A stretch of 64,000 bases of DNA, from positions 5,456,001-5,520,000 of the forward strand of contig OZ218950.1 in the NCBI GenBank assembly GCA_965112735.1, read 5' to 3'. This DNA comes from Phaeosaccion multiseriatum (taxonomy: Eukaryota > Protista > Ochrophyta, other classes). Shown piece after piece: positions 1-10,473 of this stretch. Both the position numbers and the translations under genes were made by a program. Position 1 is the first letter of the stretch; each line of letters begins with the position of its first letter. The notes under the pieces were generated by a model. The model did no database searches. It was not told the origin of the DNA and saw nothing but the letters and a program-made list of their open reading frames with translations.

Positions 1-1997
1 ACCGGTGTAGGGCTGCTGGTGTTGTTGCCAAGGGCTGCGCTCCCCGCTGCTGGGGGAGGAATGATGGCGAGGGAGGAGCCGCTGGTGTCGCCACGGGCAG
101 AGTCCGTGTCCTTTGAAGAGGTCCCTTCGCACGCCCCCTGCTGACCATCACACACCCCCCACTCGCTTGGGATGGTGTGCGGGGGGGGGGGCGAGCCACT
201 GAGCGAAATACACTGCGCAGTCCTCTGGCCCGGCTGGTGGAAGCAGCAAAGCGCGCCCAAACCGGCAAATTCGGATTCTTTTCGGAATCACAGATCCAAA
301 AGTGTCCATATATCCAACCCCTGTAGAAAAGCCGAAAATGCCCTCACCGAAGCGCTCATGTTTTCCGCTCCAAGCTCTTCGAACATCAACTCGTAGAAGT
401 TACCCTTCTGCACACGCCGTACCAAGACCACTCCGCTGCGATTCCAACCGTCCGCCGCGGACTTCCGCTGTACCAGCTGAGCAATACAACGAATGCCAAA
501 CACCTCGGTGCTGCGGGCCCGAAAAATGAACAAGTCCAATATCTCAAGCGCGGCGGCACCAATCCCTCGACCACCGAGCACGATAGCAAGAGGGTAGTCC
601 ATCCATACTACCGGAAGTAAGTCGTGCAAGCAGAGCGAGCCACAAGCCCTGTTCTCTCCCATCCTCCATGTTCACACCGCTCACGAGCCCCAACGCCGAA
701 AAAACCATCACCTTCTCTTCTGCATCACAGGCAGGCCCCGACTTCCACTCCATAGCTGTTGTGAACGACCAAACATCATGCTTCCGCCGTCCGTTACAGA
801 TAAGTAGCCAGATTGCTCAATGCCCCAATTTCCTTCAGCACCGGACGACGTACATCGCCGTACACTCCGTAGACGGTCACCAAACGCTGCCGTACCTCCC
901 GAAATGCGAGTACCGTACACTCCCAATGCCGCCTTCCAATTCCCAATTCTCCCTCGTATGCTGTGCCTCTCTTGTCGCCCATCGGTTCGCTGTTATGGCC
1001 ACAGGTCCCATATCCGCTCCACACGGAAACTCGAGGCGCTAACCACGATCAAAGGGCTCTCCGGTTCCTTCCAACAGCCCGAATAGCTGCCTTCGCATCC
1101 ATGCTGCCACCTTTGACGCTCGTACTAACTGCCTTGCGGTTGCTGTTTGTCCTGAGAGCTGAGCCTCCATCGGACCCCCCCCCTCCCCCTCCCATGCGTT
1201 CGAGATGGTGAGGGAGGTACAGCTGTAGTCCGTCTCCTTCCCTTCGCCGCTCCTCGGCCCGATATGTCTCTCGGATGTAGCTGCCGGAGGTGAGCCGTGC
1301 GAGCTCCCGTATCGAAGGTCAGCTACGCCCCCACCCATCCAGAGAGACTGCAGGCAAGCCCAGTGGCGACCACGTACGCCTCCTTCTGGCCATACTGCTG
1401 TTGTAGGTGGGAGACACTCCAACAACAAGGGAGGTACACTTAAAGACGCAGACGTACACAAACATTCACAGGCACACAGATATAGACAAAGGCACAATAC
1501 AGGGACACCAGCACCCACAAACGCACACTAGCACACACAGACGCAGACCAGCACACACAGATACAAACACACATCGTGTGTAGGGGCAGTGACCACGGCT
1601 GCTGTTGCCTAGGACTGCCCCGCCCGCCGTTGAGGGCCGGAATGGCGAGGGATGAGCCGCTGTTGTCACCGCGCGCAGAGCCAGCCTCCTTTGCGGAGGA
1701 GGCCCATATTCGCACGCCAAACACAGGAAATACGCACCCTACAGACAGAAACACCGTCTGGACATACACACACAAACATACAGACAAACACCTGGAAGAG
1801 CTAAGGGGCCTGCCGTCACCCGGGAGCCCCTTTCGTCTCGTAAAAAGACAAAAAATGCCGTGGACCACACCCCCCAAACCTTGGGCCACGGGAGAGAGGA
1901 GAGGGCGGAGAGATGAGTAGGGCGTCGGCCTCAACACCGGACGCGGATCCTACGGCGATACCAGCAAGGAAGAAAGGGCGAAGAGGGCAAAAGGCGC

Positions 1998-2195
1998 CGG
2001 CACTCAACACCGGGGAGGCGGTCGGCACTCAACACCAGACACCGCTCCTAAGCCGTAGAGCCCCACAACACCGGCAAAGGGAAAGAAAAGAAGAGTTCCG
2101 GCACTCAACACCGTGGACACTGTCGGCACTCAACACCAGACACAGTCTCCCTATCTCTCCTTCCCTCGCCCACGAGGACCCCGGCACTCAACACC
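1998..2195. repeat. Cluster of five exact 14-mers CGGCACTCAACACC
   Basis: Exact copies start at 1998, 2023, 2099, 2124 and 2182. Degenerate copies lie near 1927 and 2061. Spacers are unique. Confidence 0.85.
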
Positions 2196-2249
2196 AGGCG
2201 GGTCCCCTTGGCCGACACAAGCGCTCTGTCCGGGCCCAGGACAAGAGGC

Positions 2250-2545
2250 TCGCTTTCCACCACACCAGTATCTACTCTCCTCCTTGACAGTGTGCTCCAC
2301 TCTTCCTGGGCTCTGTCTCCGCCGCCTCAGTAAGTGACAGCGCACGCCAAGGTCTCTCCTCTTCTGAAAAATCTAAATTCCCTGCTTCACTGACATACTG
2401 TACATCTCCCCAGAGGGGACCCCCCCCCTTGGGGCGGTACCAAGCACCTACGCTGACGCTTCGCCCTGCTGGCTCCCATGTCTCCCACCTCTTCCTCGTC
2501 TCTGTTCCGCGAGAAACAAAGTTCCGTTGCTGCGCTGCTGAACAG
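2250..2545 (-). mobile_element. Decayed copy of repeat A (5' terminus) of the YR retrotransposon
   Basis: The reverse complement reads TTCAGCAGCGCAGCAACGGAACTTTGTTTCTCGC...TCAGAAGAGGAG...GGAGGAGAGTAG...GGAAAGC, colinear with A at 9748-10070. It abuts the left edge of the satellite. Confidence 0.6.
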
Positions 2546-2547
2546 GC

Positions 2548-5500
2548 TGCGCCTCGTGTTGCCAGAACAGGGCCAGATTGGGCGTGTGGGGCCTGCCGAG
2601 GCGATATCTGCCGCATGCTTGGCCATCACACGCCTCACTGTGCACAACCCGTGCTCGGCGACGGTCTGCCGTGCCCAGCTTACCCCTCATTCGGGCTGCT
2701 GGTGGCCTCAAATGCGCCTCGTGTTGCCAGAACAGGGCCAGATTGGGCGTGTGAGGCCTGACGAGGCCCCACTTGCCGCATGCTTGGCCATCACACGCGT
2801 CACTGTGCACAACCCGTGCTCGGCGACGGTCTGCCGTGCCCAGCTTACTCCTCATTCGGGCTGCTGGTGGCCTCAACATGCGCCTCGTGTTGCCAGAACA
2901 GGGCCAGATTGGGCGTGTGAGGCCTGCGGAGGCGATATCTGCCGCATGCTTGGCCATCACACGCGTCATTGTACACAACCCGTGCTCGGCGACAGTCTGC
3001 CGTGCCCAGCTTACCCCTCATTCGGGCTGCTGGTGGCCTCAAATGCGCCTCGTGTTGCCAGAACAGGGCCAGATTGGGCGTGTGAAGCCTGCGGAGGCGA
3101 TCTCTGCCGCATGCTTGGCCATCACACGCGTCACTGTGCACAACCCGTGCTCGGCGACGGTCTGCCGTGCCCAGCTTACCCCTCATTCGGGCTGCTGGTG
3201 GCCTCAACATGCGCCTCGTGTTGCCAGAACAGGGCCAGATTGGGCGTGTGGGGCCTGCCGAGGCCCTACTTGCCGCATGCTTGGCCATCACACGCCTCAC
3301 TGTGCACAACCCGTGCTCGGCGACGGTCTGCCGTGCCCAGCTTACCCCTCACTCGGGCTGCTGGTGGCCTCAAATGCGCCTCGTGTTGCCAGAACAGGGC
3401 CAAATTGGGCGTGTGAGGCCTGCGGAAGCGATATCTGCCGCGTGCTTGGCCATCACACGCCTCACTGTGCACAACCCGTGCTCGGCGACGGTCTGCCGTG
3501 CCCAGCTTACCCCTCATTCGGGCTGCTGGTGGCCTCAAATGCGCCTCGTGTTGCCAGAACAGGGCCAGATTGGGCGTGTGAGGCCTGACGAGGCCCCACT
3601 TGCCGCATGCTTGGCCATCACACGCGTCACTGTGCACAACCCGTGCTCGGCGACGGTCTGCCGTGCCCAGCTTACCCCTCATTCGGGCTGCTGGTGGCCT
3701 CAACATGCGCCTCGTGTTGCCAGAACAGGGCCAGAGGGCCAGATTGCGGAGGCGTGTCTGCCGAGGCCTGCGCCAGGCGATCATCTGCCGCACAATGCTT
3801 GGCCACCACAGCGCGAAGTACACAACCCGTGCTCGGCGACAGTCTGCCGTGCCCAGCTTACCCCTCATTCGGGCTGCTGGTGGCCTCAAATGCGCCTCGT
3901 GTTGCCAGAACAGGGCCAGATTGGGCGTGTGAAGCCTGCGGAGGCGATCTCTGCCGCATGCTTGGCCATCACACGCGTCACTGTGCACAACCCGTGCTCG
4001 GCGACGGTCTGCCGTGCCCAGCTTACTCCTCATTCGGGCTGCTGGTGGCCTCAACATGCGCCTCGTGTTGCCAGAACAGGGCCAGATTGGGCGTGTGAGG
4101 CCTGCCGAGGCCCCACTTGCCGCATGCTTGGCCATCACACGCGTCACTGTGCACAACCCGTGCTCGGCGACGGTCTGCCGTGCCCAGCTTACTCCTCATT
4201 CGGGCTGCTGGTGGCCTCAACATGCGCCTCGTGTTGCCAGAACAGGGCCAGTGGCCTCAACATGCGCCTCGTGTTGCCAGAACAGGGCCAGATTGGGCGT
4301 GTGGGGCCTGCCGAGGCCCCACTTGCCGCATGCTTGGCCATCACACGCCTCACTGTGCACAACCCGTGCTCGGCGACGGTCTGCCGTGCCCAGCTTACCC
4401 CTCATTCGGGCTGCTGGTGGCCTCAAATGCGCCTCGTGTTGCCAGAACAGGGCCAGATTGGGCGTGTGAGGCCTGACGAGGCCCCACTTGCCGCATGCTT
4501 GGCCATCACACGCGTCACTGTGCACAACCCGTGCTCGGCGACGGTCTGCCGTGCCCAGCTTACTCCTCATTCGGGCTGCTGGTGGCCTCAACATGCGCCT
4601 CGTGTTGCCAGAACAGGGCCAGATTGGGCGTGTGAGGCCTGCGGAGGCGATATCTGCCGCATGCTTGGCCATCACACGCGTCATTGTACACAACCCGTGC
4701 TCGGCGACAGTCTGCCGTGCCCAGCTTACCCCTCATTCGGGCTGCTGGTGGCCTCAAATGCGCCTCGTGTTGCCAGAACAGGGCCAGATTGGGCGTGTGA
4801 AGCCTGCGGAGGCGATATCTGCCGCATGCTTGGCCATCACACGCGTCACTGTGCACAACCCGTGCTCGGCGACGGTCTGCCGTGCCCAGCTTACTCCTCA
4901 TTCGGGCTGCTGGTGGCCTCAACATGCGCCTCGTGTTGCCAGAACAGGGCCAGATTGGGCGTGTGAGGCCTGCGGAGGCGATATCTGCCGCATGCTTGGC
5001 CATCACACGCGTCACTGTGCACAACCTGTTCTCGGCGACGGTCTGCCGTGCCCAGTTTACCCCTCATTCGGGCTGCTGGTGGCCTCAAATGCGCCTCGTG
5101 TTGCCAGAACAGGGCCAGATTGGGCGTGTGAGGCCTGCGGAGGCGATATCTGCCGCATGCTTGGCCATCACACGCGTCACTGTTCACAACCCGTGCTCGG
5201 CGACGGTCTGCCGTGCCCAGCTTACCCCTCATTCGGGCTGCTGGTGGCCTCAAATGCGCCTCGTGTTGCCAGAACAGGGCCAGATTGGGCGTGTGAGGCC
5301 TGACGAGGCCCCACTTGCCGCATGCTTGGCCATCACACGCGTCACTGTGCACAACCCGTGCTCGGCGACGGTCTGCCGTGCCCAGCTTACTCCTCATTCG
5401 GGCTGCTGGTGGCCTCAACATGCGCCTCGTGTTGCCAGAACAGGGCCAGATTGGGCGTGTGAGGCCTGCGGAGGCGATATCTGCCGCATGCTTGGCCATC

Positions 5501-7097
5501 ACACGCGTCATTGTACACAACCCGTGCTCGGCGACAGTCTGCCGTGCCCAGCTTACCCCTCATTCGGGCTGCTGGTGGCCTCAAATGCGCCTCGTGTTGC
5601 CAGAACAGGGCCAGATTGGGCGTGTGAAGCCTGCGGAGGCGATATCTGCCGCATGCTTGGCCATCACACGCGTCACTGTGCACAACCCGTGCTCGGCGAC
5701 GGTCTGCCGTGCCCAGCTTACTCCTCATTCGGGCTGCTGGTGGCCTCAACATGCGCCTCGTGTTGCCAGAACAGGGCCAGATTGGGCGTGTGAGGCCTGC
5801 GGAGGCGATATCTGCCGCATGCTTGGCCATCACACGCGTCACTGTGCACAACCTGTTCTCGGCGACGGTCTGCCGTGCCCAGTTTACCCCTCATTCGGGC
5901 TGCTGGTGGCCTCAAATGCGCCTCGTGTTGCCAGAACAGGGCCAGATTGGGCGTGTGAGGCCTGCGGAGGCGATATCTGCCGCATGCTTGGCCATCACAC
6001 GCGTCACTGTTCACAACCCGTGCTCGGCGACGGTCTGCCGTGCCCAGCTTACCCCTCATTCGGGCTGCTGGTGGCCTCAAATGCGCCTCGTGTTGCCAGA
6101 ACAGGGCCAGATTGGGCGTGTGGGGCCTGCCGAGGCCCCATTTGCCGCATGCTTGGCCATCACACGCGTCATTGTACACAACCCGTGCTCGGTGACAGTC
6201 TGCCGTGCCCAGCTTACCCCTCATTCGGGCTGCTGGTGGCCTCAACATGCGCCTCGTGTTGCCAGAACAGGGCCAGATTGGGCGTGTGAGGCCTGCGGAG
6301 GCGATATCTGCCGCATGCTTGGCCATCACACGCGTCACTGTGCACAACCCGTGCTCGGCGACGGTCTGCCGTGCCCAGCTTACTCCTCATTCGGGCTGCT
6401 GGTGGCCTCAACATGCGCCTCGTGTTGCCAGAACAGGGCCAGATTGGGCGTGTGGGGCCTGCCGAGGCCCCATTTGCCGCATGCTTGGCCATCACACGCG
6501 TCATTGTACACAACCCGTGCTCGGTGACAGTCTGCCGTGCCCAGCTTACCCCTCATTCGGGCTGCTGGTGGCCTCAACATGCGCCTCGTGTTGCCAGAAC
6601 AGGGCCAGATTGGGCGTGTGAGGCCTGCGGAGGCGATATCTGCCGCATGCTTGGCCATCACACGCGTCATTGTGCACAACCCGTGCTCGGCGACGGTCTG
6701 CCGTGCCCAGCTTACCCCTCATTCGGGCTGCTGGTGGCCTCAACATGCGCCTCGTGTTGCCAGAACAGGGCCAGATTGGGCGTGTGGGGCCTGCCGAGGC
6801 CCCACTTGCCGCATGCTTGGCCATCACACGCCTCACTGTGCACAACCCGTGCTCGGCGACGGTCTGCCGTGCCCAGCTTACCCCTCATTCGGGCTGCTGG
6901 TGGCCTCAAATGCGCCTCGTGTTGCCAGAACAGGGCCAGATTGGGCGTGTGAGGCCTGACGAGGCCCCACTTGCCGCATGCTTGGCCATCACACGCGTCA
7001 CTGTGCACAACCCGTGCTCGGCGATGGTCTGCCGTGCCCAGCTTACTCCTCATTCGGGCTGCTGGTGGCCTCAACATGCGCCTCGTGTTGCCAGAAC
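2548..7097 (+). repeat. 165/166-bp tandem satellite, block 1 (~27 monomers)
   Basis: The monomer TGCGCCTCGTGTTGCCAGAACAGGGCCAGATTGGGCGTGTGAGGCCTG...CCTCATTCGGGCTGCTGGTGGCCTCAA(C)A repeats head-to-tail with few variable sites. Confidence 0.97.
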
Positions 7098-7113
7098 CGC
7101 TGCTTCAGCAGCG

Positions 7114-8540
7114 AAGCGGCCCCTGCTCCTCTCCTGCCTTCTACTTCGTGCTGGCCCAGAGCATCGTTGCCGTCATCCTTGCTACTCCACTCGCGGCGGA
7201 GATTGTCATCCCCTCGTGCTGCAATGGCCGCATCCCCGGCCTCGAGCTTGTACAAGTGGAGGAGCAGAAATGCCAACGGCGGAAAATGCGAGGTGCTCCG
7301 ACGGCGGCGGTTTCGGCAGCTCAACAATCGGCGGCTTGCCACGGAGACGACACTATCGCTGTCTGGGCGGTCCCTCGGGACGTCCCCGCCCTCCAGCGCG
7401 GCACAGGGGCCTTGCGGCTGAGTGCCCTCATACTTTCTACGCACTATAACCTCTTCAGCTGGCCGGGGGAGCACCCTCATGTCCCCTCCTGCATCAACCT
7501 CGAGAAGCACGGCGTGGAGGGGAGCTGGCTCTCCTGCCAGCGGGTCTTGGGCATCATGATTGACACTGTGCGGGGGACTGCTTCGCTCCGCCCCGATAAG
7601 CTGGAGGAGCTGCAGATTCTTTTGGCTGAGTGGGGGCCAGAGCGACATTTTTGCTCGCTGAAGGAGCTCCAGTCTGTCATCGGGAAACTCCGGAGCATGA
7701 GCTACTGCGTAGGGCCCGGTCGCTACATGCTCCGCCAGCTCACCAACCTCACTCGACACTGCGGCTTCTCGCCCCACGCTCGCATCACGCTCTCCTCTCA
7801 AGCGCACTTCGACCTGCAGCGGTGGCGGGATCTTTTAGATTGGGGGGTGAAAGATCCCTCCGTCTTGGTCCGCCCTTTAGAATTGATGGTGAAGCGAGTC
7901 CCGGATATCGTATTGGATGGAGATGCAGCAGTGTGGGTGGACTCAGAGGGGGCTATCAGGGGGAGGCATTGTGTGGGAGGCAGCAGGACTTTTCGCGCAG
8001 TGGGAGTGGCCTCCCGAGGTACGGGCTGCTCACCAGGCGTCTCCACAGCTCATCTCCATCAACGACCTCGAGATGGCAGTGATTGTGGTGGGCATCTGCA
8101 CTTTTTGGCTGCACGACCCAGCCAGCTTCTGTCTCGCTGGCGTCTTGGTCAGAGGGGACAACACCAGCTCCCTCTCGTGGATTGAGCACCAGGGAGCGGC
8201 CAACAGTGACATTTCCAATGGTCTGGCAGGACTGGTGGGCCTTTTGGAGATCGGAGCGCAGTGCAGCCTCAACGTCGAGCACGTCGAAGGGGCGAAGAAC
8301 ATCATCCCCGACGGCCTCAGCCGCTACTCCCTCGATTATCTCATCGGTACTGACCACCTTTCTCCCATCTCTCCCATGTTTCAGCCGCTGACGGAGTGGC
8401 AACAGCTGGAGCCCAACTCAACGATTATGGACGCCGTTTTCGCAACCTTGCGTGGGGAGCCGCAGCGAGCGGTCTCAGGCCTGCAACCGTTCGTCGCTAC
8501 GCGACGGTCCAGCGTCAGTGGACTGACTTCTGCGGTCTAG
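7114..8540 (+). pseudogene. DIRS/Ngaro-type reverse transcriptase + RNase H, N-terminally truncated, one frameshift near 7950-7965
   Basis: RT motif B-like GPCSSPAFY, motif C-like CHGDDT, INLEK..VLGIMIDT..SLRPDKLEEL..KELQSVIGKL. RNase H motifs DGDAA / SINDLEM / RGDNT / HVEGAKNIIPDGLSR are split over two frames (ORFs 6971-8185 and 7917-8540). Confidence 0.85.
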
Positions 8541-9511
8541 CAGGCGTTCCCGTGTTACTGTTTGGAGATGACGACCCTCGCAATGCGGAGGTATTCATGG
8601 CGTTCATAGCGTGGTGCCGAGAGGAGAGGGGCAACGGTGCGGCCACTCTGAGGGGCAAGGGCCCAGGGGTGAATGACCTCTTCTCGCGGGAGGGGCTCAA
8701 GGGGCCTGCAGTCGGGAGGCAGGTCCACCTGCTCCTTCGGAGCTACAGGCTGGAGGACGGAGACAGCGTACAGCAGCTGCCAGTAGACGTGGACATTCTT
8801 CGCAGCACCAGACGGGAGCTGCGAGGGGAGGGGGAGAGAGGGCACATGTTAGGGGCCCTCATCCTCCTGGGGTGGTTCTTTCTCATGCGAGTGAGCGAGT
8901 TCGCCCCGAACAGTGTGAGTGGAGGGACAGATGAAGACTACATTCTCACTCATCACGATGTTACCTTCGCAGATAGAGCGAGCCGGAGCTACACTGGACA
9001 AGAGGCGCTTGCCGCGATCGAGGAAGGAGTGGAGCTGTGCCGCGTCACTCTCGTCTTCACTGGTAGCAAGACGGACACCTTCAGGAGAGGAGAAGTGCGG
9101 ACACACGAGCGGACGGGGGTCGTCGACTTGTGTCCAGTGGAGGCTGCCCTGGAGGCGGTGCGCTGCCACTACCGACGAACGGAGCAGGAGCGGGAGGCAG
9201 CAGGGGGTAGTGCCCTCCTTTCCTCCTATGTGGACGAGTCGGGGAGGAGGAAGTGCGTCACCTCCCACCAAGTCAGCAAGGCACTGAAGAGGAAAGCTCA
9301 GCAGATTGGTAGGGATCCAGCACGCATCTCGTCCCACTCCCTGCGGAGCGGTGGGGCTACGGCATTGGCGGCAAGCGGCGCTGACTGGCGACTCCTGCAG
9401 TTCTGGGGCAGGTGGGCGTCGGCGACAGCCTTTCAGTACGCGCACCGTACGGTGGAGGAGGCTCTTGGCTGGGCAGGGCGCATGCTGCATGCAGACACGG
9501 CAGCGCCCTGA
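8396..9511 (+). CDS. Tyrosine recombinase (DIRS/Ngaro-type integrase)
   Basis: Uninterrupted 371-codon frame overlapping the RNase H frame. Catalytic motifs FFLMRVSE, SKTD, LCPVEA, SHSLRSGGAT, GRWAS and FQY are all present. Confidence 0.92.
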   Translation: MATAGAQLNDYGRRFRNLAWGAAASGLRPATVRRYATVQRQWTDFCGLAGVPVLLFGDDDPRNAEVFMAFIAWCREERGNGAATLRGKGPGVNDLFSREGLKGPAVGRQVHLLLRSYRLEDGDSVQQLPVDVDILRSTRRELRGEGERGHMLGALILLGWFFLMRVSEFAPNSVSGGTDEDYILTHHDVTFADRASRSYTGQEALAAIEEGVELCRVTLVFTGSKTDTFRRGEVRTHERTGVVDLCPVEAALEAVRCHYRRTEQEREAAGGSALLSSYVDESGRRKCVTSHQVSKALKRKAQQIGRDPARISSHSLRSGGATALAASGADWRLLQFWGRWASATAFQYAHRTVEEALGWAGRMLHADTAAP

Positions 9512-9526
9512 GGACTTTGGGTGAAT

Positions 9527-9747
9527 GGGGGATGAGCGGTTCCTCTGAACCGCTGCCCCCAAAGGCCCGTGCTCGCCCCCGTCAGGGGAGCGACACCCCA
9601 GGGACACTGTGTGCCTCGAGGTGAGTCCTTCTTAGGACTGCACTCTTAATGAAAAGTTTATCCCCCAGCATTGGCGACGACTGAATGTGGAGGAGCGAGG
9701 CCTCTCAATGGGTACCCAGTTTTGATGGAGCGCAACGACTGCGAGAA
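9527..9747 (+). repeat. Split direct repeat B1 (221 bp)
   Basis: Matches 13576-13796 in full and 10334-10473 over its first 140 bp. Confidence 0.92.
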
Positions 9748-10333
9748 CGCTGCTTCAGCAGCGGAGCCACGGAAGTTCTGTTCTCGCAGAGTGGAGTTCG
9801 CAGAGTGGAGTCGACGGAGAAACAGGGTATTGAGAGCCGAGGGGTAGGGTGTGGAGCGTGGGCGCGTGTGTGGACCCCGAGGGGGGTTTAGGATAGAAAT
9901 ATATATGGCAGCAGATGGAAAAGCAGTGTTCTCTGCTGCTCGAGCTCAGAAGAGGAGGAGCCCTGCTGCACTCGCCACCCTACCGTGATTGAAGGAGATC
10001 GAGAGCAGGTACGCGGGGGTGTGGGCAAGCAGGGAGGAGAGTAGGGACGGTGGTGTAGGAAAGCAAGGATCGCAGTAGGGCCCGACTGCTTCTCTTGTGA
10101 GGGTGAAGATGCTGTGTGCTTACTTGTGTCATGCTACCAGTTGCAAACACAAGATGTGCCCCCAATGCTAACAGTTGCAAGGGCTTGCGCTACGCACACG
10201 CATCTAGTAGAAGTTAGAGACCCTTAGCCTGGTGTAGTATGGAGCTCTCACCGGGCAAAAGGTTTTTTCTTTCTCCACCCACCCACCCATCTAGATTAGT
10301 TTAGTACAGAAGTTAGATACTCAGTAGTTAAGG
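9748..10333 (+). repeat. Split direct repeat A2 (586 bp), TATA-like AAATATATAT near 9897-9906
   Basis: Near-identical to 13004-13575. Visible differences are a 14-bp tandem duplication near 9784-9811 and one substitution. Its first 16 bp recur at 7098. Confidence 0.92.
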
Positions 10334-10473
10334 GGGGGATGAGCGGTTCCTCTGAACCGCTGCCCCCAAAGGCCCGTGCTCGCCCCCGTCAGGGGAGCGA
10401 CACCCCAGGGACACTGTGTGCCTCGAGGTGAGTCCTTCTTAGGACTGCACTCTTAATGAAAAGTTTATCCCCC

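Larger units (their letters stand above)
7098..10473 (+). mobile_element. Tyrosine-recombinase retrotransposon with split direct repeats (Ngaro/PAT-like), internally deleted
   Basis: Order: 16-bp stub of A (CGCTGCTTCAGCAGCG), RT/RNase H, YR, B1 (9527-9747), A2 (9748-10333), truncated B2 (10334-10473). This is the A1-ORFs-B1-A2-B2 layout. Confidence 0.9.

Noticed and set aside
1-1900. Short ORFs and AC-rich tract left of the array as gag of the decayed element
   Set aside because: No recognisable motif or intact frame, so the call cannot be supported without a search.
9527-10333. Hammerhead ribozyme in the terminal repeats
   Set aside because: No CUGANGA...GAAA core found by eye. Only generic hairpins are reported.
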